Assembly (NCBI GenBank): GCA_907165135.1
Contig: OU015569.1
Location: 2,170,001 to 2,234,000, forward strand
DNA length: 64,000 nucleotides
DNA from: Oikopleura dioica
Taxonomy: Eukaryota; Animalia; Chordata
Direction of reading: 5' to 3'
The notes under the pieces are model-generated. The model was not told where the DNA came from, searched no databases, and saw only the letters and a program-made list of their open reading frames with translations. Shown here one piece after another: positions 12,667 through 23,043 of the stretch; positions within the stretch are counted from its first letter, which is position 1; the number at the start of each line of letters is the position of its first letter. Both the position numbers and the translations under genes were made by a program.

Positions 12667-13688
12667 GACGCTTCATTTTCCTCTGGTAGACGTTCTTCTT
12701 CATTTGCTTGAGCAACGAAAGTGTTGGTCTTCTTACCGCGGTCTTCTTGTCGTTTAGGTTTCTCGTGACGAAATCTGCAGTTTTTGACTCTGCAGTTCCC
12801 AGAGGCAAAATACTTGCATATTGGCATTTTTGACTTTGGTTTCTGGCTCTGGCGTGCGAAAAATACTGATCCGCCCTGATTGGTTGTTTGAGAAATCAGG
12901 AATTCGACTTTTGTCGCGATTGTTTGAGCGTCTGAGATTTGAGCCCATTCATTGGCCATGTGTGCGTGCACCGAAGGTTTCGTGACTTTCAATCGCCCCG
13001 CGATAATGCTCGCAGAAACGAAGTCGAATATGTCATCCGCGGTTGGAGCATTAGTATCGTCGTTTTCTTGTGTGCCCGGGTTCTTTTTCATTTTGGTTCG
13101 GCGGATTTGAGCGCAAATAGCGGCTTTAGCCGGCTCCATACGATCTTCTATGTCCTGCGCGTACTTTTTCCACGGTGAATTTTCGTCGAATTGCGTTTCC
13201 ATTACTCTTGTTAAGAGTTGCAGCGCTGATAATCCCGAATCGTATGTTAAATTTAACCACTCGCGCAGCTCAATCCAAGTTTTCGTCGATTTTGTTGCGT
13301 TTTTAAGCCGCGAGTAAATTGAAGGGCTGAAGCGCAGCTTAACCTTTGACGCGAAGATTTCGTGCAATTTTGGGTCATCGGCGATATAAATTTCGTAAAT
13401 TTGTGTTACTTTGGAAGTGAACACCGATGTTTCATCGAAATCTCGCCCGCTGTATGTTAATTCGTTCAGGGCATTTTCCGCGGATTTGACCGCACTTGCC
13501 TGCTCTCTGGTTAACTCGTTACCTTCCACTTTGATCCCGTCGATGGCGATGTCCAGCTTTGCCTTGAGTTTCTTCTGTAATTCTTTTTTCTCTTTTGTGG
13601 CTGCTGAATTTGGCGAATTGAGCGCCGTTATTTCTTCATCTAGCTCAGCGATCGTTTCTCGGATCCATTTGAGAGTTTCGAGCGACAT
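12654..13688 (-). CDS. gag: Retrotransposon Gag (344 aa) with a C-terminal CCCH zinc finger
   Basis: First ORF after the PBS. It has a coiled-coil N-terminus and CKYFASGNCRVKNCRFRH near the C-terminus. Confidence 0.85.
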   Translation of the reverse strand: MSLETLKWIRETIAELDEEITALNSPNSAATKEKKELQKKLKAKLDIAIDGIKVEGNELTREQASAVKSAENALNELTYSGRDFDETSVFTSKVTQIYEIYIADDPKLHEIFASKVKLRFSPSIYSRLKNATKSTKTWIELREWLNLTYDSGLSALQLLTRVMETQFDENSPWKKYAQDIEDRMEPAKAAICAQIRRTKMKKNPGTQENDDTNAPTADDIFDFVSASIIAGRLKVTKPSVHAHMANEWAQISDAQTIATKVEFLISQTTNQGGSVFFARQSQKPKSKMPICKYFASGNCRVKNCRFRHEKPKRQEDRGKKTNTFVAQANEEERLPEENEASVFL

Positions 13689-13950
13689 GGCGAAAAGCAG
13701 TTAGGTGACTCTTTTGAATGGCGTTACCTTATTGGTGCACTCAGATTTCAATTTCGATAGGTTTCGAAATTGCTGAGTGACCTCCGTGGAGGGTTTGATT
13801 CCCGCTCAGGATTAATCCACGTGATTGGCTGAAACCACAACTTGCGTTTGCTTCTCGGCGAATTGGTCCACCAAGATGATTTTCTTCCCAAATTAGCTTC
13901 TCTAGATGGCTGGCTGGGAATGGGTGTTGTAGGACCGTGGGGTCGATTTT

Positions 13951-13961
13951 TCCTGGTACCA
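13951..13961 (-). other. Primer-binding site TGGTACCAGGA, possibly for tRNA-Leu(UAA)
   Basis: It begins TGG 3 nt inside the 5' LTR. It is complementary to ...UCCUGGUACCA-3', which I recall as the 3' end of vertebrate tRNA-Leu(UAA); the tRNA identity is not verified. Confidence 0.7.
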
Positions 13962-13964
13962 GTA

Positions 13965-14158
13965 TGTTGTGGTAACGATTTGCCTTGCAAAAGAATTGGA
14001 GAGCAATTATCCGCGGTTTTTTATAAAAGCGTATATTAGGCTAGTTTTCAAGTTAAAGAGTGAACAGAAAACGAGGCTTGCGCCGGCGAAGGTTATGAAC
14101 AGCAGGTGCACGAGGCGAATCTCCAAATAAGGGAATCGGCAGATTCGCGATCACAACA
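13965..14158 (-). repeat. 5' LTR (194 bp)
   Basis: Direct repeat of 8740-8933, followed on the minus strand by the PBS. Confidence 0.97.
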
Positions 14159-14433
14159 AATTCGTCCACAATCTGGAATTCTCAGATGGCATTCCCGCGA
14201 GTTTTTGGTTTCTCATTTAGAATTCGTCTTTCTAAAAGAGTCATGGGCTGACAGCTTAGACTCGAGATTGGCTTAATAACGTTTAGGGTCGTATTTATTT
14301 CTATGATACAAAGTGTGTGTGTTATTCAATGAACAGTTTTTTTTGTCTGGGCCTATCGGTCATCTCGGCGTTTTTTGGCATCCATCGTCGAAGGGAAGGG
14401 GATTGAGGTGTTTTTTTTCAAAAGTGGGACAGC

Positions 14434-17400
14434 TTATTGTCCCGATTTTCTGCTTTCGCGGCGTTGTTGTTGGCGCTTAGCTCGCAACTCGGCGCGAACG
14501 AGATTTCTTTGGGCACGCTTCTCTTGGCGAAGTTTCATCCGCTCCAGGCGCCTCTGTGTGCGTTTAATGTTCGCTGAACTTCCGATGTTGATGCTGTCTA
14601 AAGTTGTTACCCGTAATGATGATTTTCGAACGAATGAAATCTGTTCTGATCTGATGGAAAAGAATTGTAGAAAAATGCATGTTTTTTATATAAAATACCG
14701 ATAAAAAATACCTGAGGCGCTTTTTAACGACGCAATTTCATTCAACTGTGCAGTGAGATGCGGGTCAGCGTTTACTTTCACTGGCAGGCAGGGATGTGGA
14801 TCAGCAAAAATTTTCCTTTGTTTTGCGCTGCGATAGCGGAAATTTTTCGAACTTATTTTGCGCTGTTTTGCGCTGCGGAATCCGAAAATCGCGCAATTTG
14901 CGGAATTTTGCGTTGTTTTGCGGAAAATCAAAATTTGTTGATTTTGCGAAAATTTTGCGGATTTTGCGCTTTTTGCGGAATTGCGGATTGCGCAGATGAC
15001 ACGCAATTTGCGTAATTTTGCGAAATTTGCGGGATTTTCGCGCATTTTCCGTAAATTTGCGGATTTTGCGGGATTTTCGCGCATTTTGCGAAAATCTGCG
15101 AATTTTGTGGTATTTTTGGCCCCATTTATTTCTACTTGAAATGGAGAAATTTTGGGGACATTATTCCGAGGTTATAAAAAGATATTTTCAAGGTTTTCAA
15201 AAAGATTTTTTAAATAACGGGTGTGGGTGGGGTTGGGGACAGAACTGAGATTGATCAACTCAGAGTTCCAAGCCTTTGTCAAGCCCCTTAAATTTAGAAA
15301 TCAAGGAACGGGGCTGAAACGGCCCGAAGGGCCGTCAAGCCCCTTAAATTTAGAAATCATGGAAAAATTAAATTATCACCCAGCAAAATTCCATCGAACC
15401 GTCCGGTTTTATTTTTGCCGGCAAAATGACCGGCCGGTTAACTTCGAGATCGGACGGTTTTATGTCGGGTGATTTTTCTGTTTTTCTTCCGCAAATTACC
15501 GTCGAAGTTGAGAATGCGATGATGAATGAGGATTTGATTCGGAAATCTTAACAATTAACATAAAAAAATATAGAAATTCTACGCCAAATCCCGCAAAATC
15601 GCATTTTGCGGACTGCAAATGTATTGAGATTTTGTGGAATTTTCGCGCAAAATGCGCTTTTGCGCGCAATTTTGCGGAAAAATTGCGGAAATTTTTGGGG
15701 CTGATTTTGCGCTGTTTTGCGCTGCAGAATGAAAAATCCCGCATTTTGCGCTGTTTTGCGGATTTTGCGCTGCGGATCCACATCCCTGCTGGCAGGGAAC
15801 AGTTCTCGCCGCAAACAGACTCAATCCAGCCCATATACGACGTCACTCTAAATATTTACACGTACACCCTATAAAGTCTTTAATTGCCTTCAATACCTGG
15901 TAAACACGCCGTAGTTGGTCGACTGACCGCAAGTTGTTCCGAAAGAAGTGATTCCTGAAATGAACCAAGTTTTCGTTCCGTCATCACCTTCCGCCGCAGC
16001 CAAGAGCGGCCCACCCGAGTCCCCTTCGCAGGTGTTTGCGTTCGACGTGCCCGAGCCCGCACACATTTGGTATTCGGCGCTTTTTCGGTTTCACGATTCA
16101 ATTTCGCTAAAAAATTTGATACAGTTCGTCTTCAAAGACGTGCATTTATTTTTTAGCTCGAGAACCAGTCCTGTAAATGAGATAAATGTCTTGGCAGATC
16201 TGATCGTCGACGACGTCCATGTCTACTTTTTGAAGGGTCTTAGCCAGGGAAGTTCCCTCGCCTGCTTTTCCCCAGCCGATAACGACGCGTTGTTGCTCCT
16301 CGAAGCTGACAGCTATCGAGGGAAGACAGACTGGCCTGATAAACTCGGAGAATCTCACCGATCGTGGAATGCCAATCAGCGCGATGTCGTGACTGTTCGT
16401 CGCATAGCTGAAGCGAGGATGCGGCTCAATTAGGTTTGGCACGATCATCTCAATTCCGTTATCTATCGAGCTTATCCCGGCTATCTACCTGGATGTCTTC
16501 CGTTGAAGTGAACAATCGTGAGGTTCCTCCGATCGCCAGCAAGTACTGAGCAGCTTTTGTGTTGACATTGTTGGACTGAAATTTAATAAAGCGTCAAAAA
16601 CCACTTATTTCGCAAAAAAAACTCACCTGGTCGAGAAAACAGTGCGCAGCTGAAAGTACCCAGTTAGAGCTTACTAATGTGGCGCCACAGATAAGATTTC
16701 TGAAAACGTTACTCTCTTTTCTAAAAGGTTAACTTGTGTTTGGCACCTGTTGCGGAGTAACTGCACTGCCCATGGCCACTCTCCGGTGTTGGCATTGCGT
16801 CCGCCGAGGATGCGCGTCACGGGGCGAGAAGAGAATCGCGACTGCTCAAGGAATGCGCCGCTTCGGCCACAGAATGGACTTGTAGATTTCTGTGGACATT
16901 GCTCGATCGTAATGCATCGTCCATCGTGTAGCAAATGCCGCTCAGGCGGACAAGCACACCCGGCCCGGCACGTTTGCTCGCTGCAGCCCGCTGGATATGG
17001 ATCCGCGCATGTCGCCACACTTTCGCAAACGCAAGGCTGCCAAGCTTACACAGGTTTAACATTTCACTAAGTTCATCACAAAATAACGAATATTTCTAAC
17101 CATCGCGCCCCAAGCCCAATTTTGCTTTTGGGCCGCAACAGAAACTCAACTATTTTTGTGAAAACATTGAATTGGACCGCATGGTTATGTTCTAAAAATG
17201 ATTAAACCCTTCATTTATCGCCCTCGCATCTTTCATCCAGCTTGGTTTTTTGTACAAAGGACCATCTTGCTGCAAAGCCCGCAAACTCGCTTCCTTTGTC
17301 CGAGTTGAACTGGAGTTGCATTCTGTTTGAAGAGGAGAATATCGGCCCTGGAACGCGCTTGCCGCAGAACGTTCGCTCCATTACTGAATCGACTACGACT

Positions 17401-17990
17401 AAATTGTCGAATAAGCATTGCTGGTGATCCTCAATGTGAAATGCGGTAAATTCGAGTCGTATTGTATATCCAACGGGCGCTTGAATCTCCCAGTTGCATT
17501 TGTGCTCTGAAGGATACGCCAAGGGATGGTTGAGCGTTGAAAGCGTTCCTGAAATTGGTTTGTTTAGCGATTTTTTTAATGTCAATTTTGGTACCTTTTC
17601 CAGCGGTTAGTTTTCGCAAGCCGCCGCATCCACTCGTTTCTTCACATCTAATGTCTTTTCCTGTAGCTTCGCCGACTTTCAGATATCCCGCACAGCAGGT
17701 GTAATCGTTTACTATACATTTGGCGAGCACAGTGAAGACTTTAGTGATCCAACATTCGCCAGCGAACATTAGCTCACAATAATGATACTCTTTGTGGCAG
17801 TCTTGTGTCTTTTTCAGGGATCAACATTGAGGGAGCAAAACTACTGTATTCGAATGAGGGGGCATCACGCGACGTGGTCGTCCAACTGATTACCCCGTCT
17901 GCGCCCGTGTCCGTGAAATCATTTGCGCAACGGAATCTCTTTCATTAGAAGCGGAAACCTCATCAAGAACAAGCAAGAGCGGAATTGCTA
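14434..17990 (-). CDS. Secreted modular serine protease (Cys-rich EMI-like, CUB, TIL, trypsin domain, basic C-terminal tail); a hAT element is inserted in its penultimate exon; 5' end approximate
   Basis: CUB (YPSEHKCNWEI...CLFDNL...FCG...FNSD), TIL (CEGDKSWQPC...TCADP...CRAGCACP), activation site R/ILGG, catalytic SAAHC, HDIAL and GDSGGPL, then VTSYMGWIE. Confidence 0.9.
14789..15788. mobile_element. Non-autonomous hAT-like (Ds-like) DNA transposon, 1000 bp
   Basis: Perfect 14-bp TIRs CAGGGATGTGGATC (14789-14802 and 15775-15788), an 8-bp TSD CTGGCAGG (14781-14788 and 15789-15796), dense subterminal TTTTGCG repeats, and no transposase. Confidence 0.93.
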
Positions 17991-19361
17991 TAGCAATTTG
18001 CGAAAGTTGCAAATTCAATTGCAGACGTTCCAAGCAGAACTAAGTATTCAATTAAGGAGGGGTTGACGCATGTTCGCCCTTTATTACTCTGAGCGAGGCT
18101 ACGTCGCCATAATTCCAGAGTGTCGGACAGAAGCGGCCCTTGTCGCTCGAAATGAAAGAAGAACCTTGTTCAGTGCAAAAGTGAAAACAACGGTATTGAC
18201 CCAACCACATCTCTTATAACATACATCAAACAGAACATGGTGCTAAAAACTCCAAATGAAGTGAAAGCCCAAAATAAACGTTAAATTCAAGGAAAACGTT
18301 CGAAAACAAGCGAACTGATTTCTTCATGTTTCTCCTCAAATAGCAATTCAACACTGCCCTTAATAAGGACCTTTCACACGAAAGACAAAGAATTTAGCTT
18401 TCTTAAAAAGTCTAAAAAAGTCGATCACCGGTCCTTTTGCTGTGTACATACGCCATTGCCGACGTAATTCTTTTCTGAAGCAGCAGATAACTTGGCACGG
18501 TTTTCCTAAGTTTGCCATTTTGAAATTTTCGCGATAGGCGTCTCGCCCAGCCGAATGTCAAAATAATTGTAATTAAATGGCGATAGGATTTACCCTATGC
18601 GCGTACGATACTAGTAACGTCAGCGTTTAAGATACACGCACCGGAACTTATCAGTCCGCTGCGTGCTCGACTTCATAGATGTTTTTTCCATAGAAAACGC
18701 ACAATCAGTGCTAATCGTCCAATTAGCCGTTCATGATTATTTACGTGTGCTACTGTTGTTTTTTGAGCAAACAAAAATCAATTACGCTAAATTCCCACTC
18801 CCGTTGATTAAATTCAACATGCTTTGAATAAATGACAAAAAGCTAGCTTCTAGGGGATGTTCTTAGGGGTTTAAACTTATGTGTACCAAACACAAGAAAA
18901 TATTTTCAACGTTTTGATTAAGCTATGTTACTCTCAAATATACCTTGATAAAATGTTGAAAAAATAAATTAACAAAAGTTTTCTTAAAAATTATCGGCAT
19001 TTTTAACCGTTGCCTGAGTGATTCCGGTCGCATACGCTAGAATGAATTTGGAAAGGAACATCCAACTTCGTAATTTATGCTTCTTCCTCTTTCCTTCCTG
19101 CTCTTGTCTTTCTCTCTTTCTTTTTTTTTCTACAAGGATCTCTCTCGAAATATGCTGTTTATTTTCCAACTCCTGGTTAAAAATTAGGGCTCATCATTTT
19201 ATTTTCTATATTCGAAAGGCGGCAACACGTCAGATCAAGGGTAGAACTTTGTATTTTGTTTCATTGAGCCACCTCAGCTCATCTTGTGGCGTAGTCGCTC
19301 GCTCTCCGGCGCCCTCGGAGGCATCTCGATCGCTTACAATCGTGTGGGATCTCCCCCTTAA

Positions 19362-19746
19362 GGGGGTAGATATCAAGAATCGGATTTGCTGTCAGTGTTT
19401 TCTCAAATTTTTAACATAGGGACCCCCTTATTTTTTCAGCTCGAAATCTATTTCAGGCAATTATCTTTTTCCTATGGAAGCCAAGAATTTTAATTTCTTG
19501 AGCTTTCGAGGTGCTATAATGTAAATCTGGCACTTCCGATTGTCGCCAAAATGACCATTTTAGGAAAGTTAGCGATTTTTGACGAAAAATTTTGTTAAAA
19601 TTTTTTTTGAAATTCGAAATTTCGGCTTCCATAGGAAATAGAGAAAGGTCTAAAGTTTTTGTTTACAAGGAAAAATAAGGGTGTCACTATTTTAACTTTG
19701 GGAGAAAAGTCTGACGGAAACTGGCGATTCTTGATATCTACCTCCT
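19362..19746. mobile_element. MITE with TTAA target duplication and GG...CC termini (Kolobok-like; TA-type not excluded)
   Basis: Inverted termini GG(G/A)GGTAGATATCAAGAATCG, inner inverted blocks CCTATGGAAGCC/GGCTTCCATAGG, and TTAA on both sides (19358-19361 and 19747-19750). Confidence 0.85.
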
Positions 19747-20759
19747 TAAGGCTCCAGATAATTTATCCCTCGATACTCTTGCATGTTATCAAATAAGCCG
19801 GAACAAGAAAGTTGTCCTGAAACCGAATTGATTAATGTACTCACTTAATATTCCGCACTGATCTCAATTTGAGCGATCAGATATTAAATCAATAGTTCAA
19901 AATTACTGAATCTTGAAGTCTTTGAAATTTGTCAAGCTAATTTTTTTCGTTGAAATCTCCAGTCCGAATATTGAAACACCTCAGATAGAAAAGCTGTAGC
20001 ATTGAATGTCAATTATATTGAGGTTATAATTTGATCAGCATGCATTTTGATAGAAAAAAACGCTGATGCTCGGATTGACTCGATGATATTTTGGATTTGG
20101 AGGTCATAAAGGGTTAACCTTGGCTTTTTCGTATCTCTCTCTCGGAAATGGCAGCTCACGTGCAAGTGTATTGAAGGGATAATTTGATTTTTAGAATCTT
20201 GGATTGCGGCGACGATTGGCCGTACTTCCTTCCCAAATTTTGGAGAAGTAGCAATTTAGAAGCGCTTTGCGTAAATATTCAAAGCTCCGCCGTGCATATA
20301 GGAAAGGTTATGCGCTGGCTAATATTTATGTGCATCAGACCTTACTTACGTAGAAGCTTATCACGTCTCCAGCCCGTTGCAACGGGGCGTAGTAGTACAG
20401 GAAACCACAGAGGATCGCTCGAGAGGCTTTTGAGAAGATGATGCGCCTCGCCAACAAGTACGTTAATTAGACCTCGGAGCGCTCTTTAGAAGCAAACTTA
20501 TGCAAGATAAGGGAATCACAACTGGCCTCTCTCACAATTGTCAGGCCTAATTGTGGCCTTACTTAACAATTCTCAGACTTTTTTTCTTTCAGTCGGAGTT
20601 GCCTGGTCGCCACGATTATAGCGACGATATGTGGCGTTGTTATTTTAGTGCCTAATTCCGAAAGATGGTGGAAAATTTTTGTTTCGTCTATAAATTGAAT
20701 TATCCTGGCAGCAACTCGTCACCTTTCCAAACGAAATTGATATCATAGATTATATCCAC

Positions 20760-22747
20760 CGATAAGTACGACAATCCAGTTGTGTCCGAAAGCGCCATTC
20801 TAGCTGGCGATCATCGTCTTCCGAATTTGGACTTGTCGATTTGCACGTCGGTTGCGCACTTTGGAAGGGATAATACATTATTTTCGAGTTCGGATTTGAC
20901 GTAGATGCCCGGGAACGATGTTTTCTTGCGGGTTAATAATCAGATTAGCGTGGGACGTTGTAGACTGGCGATTAAGACGGTCTCTGACGCTGATGGCTCC
21001 AAATATTACGGATTAGTACAAGCAGAACCACGCTCATCTGCAAAAATACGAATCACCAGCTCATTACGGTCGCCGCTGCGCAAAATTAGGGTTGATTCAA
21101 ATTTGAGAAAAAAATTATTATCCGACAAAAGACGGCTTCAATGAGGGCTCTTCCAGCATCGTCAGCGCTAGAAGAAGCGAAAATCACACTGTTGGAGGAA
21201 TAAGGTTCACAAAACGCGATCAAGCAACTCTCCGCCCCAAATTTTTCTGACCTTTGCTGACTAGGCACGTGTAAAATCACATAGAATCGTGAAGTCCTGC
21301 TTAGAGGACAACCGTTCCGGCCAGCGTCAGATCAACAAGCCTGCTCATTATTTCCAAATTATGAGGTTTTCTCCAAGAGCCATCTTTTTCCTCATTTCGG
21401 CTTCGCCCGGATTCTCGATCTTATACGTACATATGCAGCAAAGGTTTTGGTTTCGCTCTTGTCCAACAAACAATTGGAGATATAATCGTTGCTGTTTTGA
21501 ACTTTTGAAGGCTCATTGACAGCAGATAATGCGTTTGACGGTGACTTCCGGATTGTCAGTGTGGCAATTTTAGACTCGCACGATGCTACAATCAAAAATA
21601 TCAGGAGAACGATGACCAGTTAGGGTCATAATCCGGAAAATTCTTCAATTCAAGAATATATTAATTGAGTTATTTTAATCATCTGAATAATGAGCCTAGT
21701 GAAAAGTCTAACAAAGGTAAAAAAAGCTTAATATTTTTTCCCGAAAGGTCGACTTTAGTGCGTCAACTACACGGTATCAACTCAAGACGGGGAAATATTG
21801 CTGATGGACAATAAAGCTGATGCTAACTATGCATCGTACGTGTTCGTTCGATCCCAAAATGTCACACAGTTTTATAAGATGGAAGTTTTGGAGCGTCCAG
21901 GAACGGAATTGATGAGCTTAGGGGAATCGTTTTGAGCGTTAGATTCATCAGTTTTTCTCGAAGCAAAGTACTTTTTAAATCGACATTTCGACGTGCTCCA
22001 CAGTGGAGGGTCCTCGAGACTTGAGCCATCTTACCTCTCAGTTGAGAAAATCCCGAGGTCGTTATTGACAAGGCAAGCAATTCTTTGAACTTCTGATTCG
22101 ACAAAGATCGTTAAGAATCAACACAGACTACATTTCGCCGGGAAACTACTTCGCCTTCAAGGTTGATAGGGCGCTAGAAACAAGGTAATCTCAAGTGCCA
22201 TTCTCCTCGATTACATCCTAAACCAAGAGAGAAGAATTTGCTTCTGACGGAAGCTGTTTATCTTTTCGGGACGATAATGGGCTTCACTGTGATACTAACA
22301 ATAACTGGCAAATGCGTCTGTTCGACTTGGGCGGGACATGGAACAGATATTTTCAAATAAATAATCATCTTTCGATTGGCTTAATATTGATTCCATTAAA
22401 AGTACAATGAGCGGTACTCGCTACCTTCCCGTTCCAAGGTGACTCGATTCCGACTTGATTTCCGACTAATTCTAGATTTAGAGCGTTCTCTACGACTTCG
22501 AAGACCCAGATTCGTATTTTGAGAAGTCCGAAGGTATAATTTTGCATAAGTTATAATCGCGAATGAAACTTTCTATCCAGTCGCCACTCGGCCGATTTCT
22601 ACTTATGCAGAGGCCCTTACGCCGAAGGAGACGAACCTGCATCACATCTGAAATGAATTTTTTAATTTTACATTTTCTGAAAAACGCCACCTCACCTGCT
22701 GAAGAAATAAATGAAAGCAACACACTCTCGTTTACTCCTCCCTTCAT
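20760..22747 (-). CDS. Probable multi-exon gene of unknown function
   Basis: ATG at 22747 follows a TTTGCAG acceptor. There is a canonical first intron and several protein-like open segments (DVMQVRLLRRKGLCISRN, KFKELLALSITTSGF, KFGAESCLIAFCEPY). No family was recognised and the ends are approximate. Confidence 0.35.
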
Positions 22748-23043
22748 CCACCTGCAAAGGAGCGCGTGTTTGAATAATGTTTGACTCTCGACTTTTCGCT
22801 TCTAAATTTCAATAAGCGCTGACGCGTGGAGAGTCGTGGAGACAGCTGCAATTTTATGTCAATGCGAAACTCTCAATTGCAATTATCCCTGTTTTTAATG
22901 CAAATATGCCAGGCTGCCCTCTTCTTTTAACATAATTATTTTTCAAAACTCGTTCACTTAGGCAAATCAGAATAAATTCGCGTTTTTTTAGTTTAAAAAT
23001 ATTTATTTAATTTCTTGATTTTTTTTCTGCAGTAGAAAAGAGT

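Larger units (their letters stand above)
8740..14158 (-). mobile_element. Full-length Ty3/gypsy-type LTR retrotransposon (Tor-like), 5419 bp, no env
   Basis: Two apparently identical 194-bp LTRs with TGTTG...CAACA termini, a 4-bp TSD AATT (8736-8739 and 14159-14162), a PBS and PPT, and gag followed by PR-RT-RH-INT. Confidence 0.97.

Noticed and set aside
14800-15120. Repeat array that could be mistaken for CRISPR or a satellite
   Set aside because: These are irregular 7-9 nt motifs with no unique spacers, no cas genes, and a eukaryotic context.
14686-15874. Several ORFs of 65-132 aa rich in SAK/RKM/FCA repeats
   Set aside because: They are by-products of the TTTTGCG subterminal repeats of the hAT element. 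Only the flanking parts are real protease exon sequence.
17990-19350. RNA genes or hidden coding exons in the long intergenic stretch
   Set aside because: No tRNA, rRNA, snRNA or SL-RNA signature or consistent exon chain was recognisable by eye.
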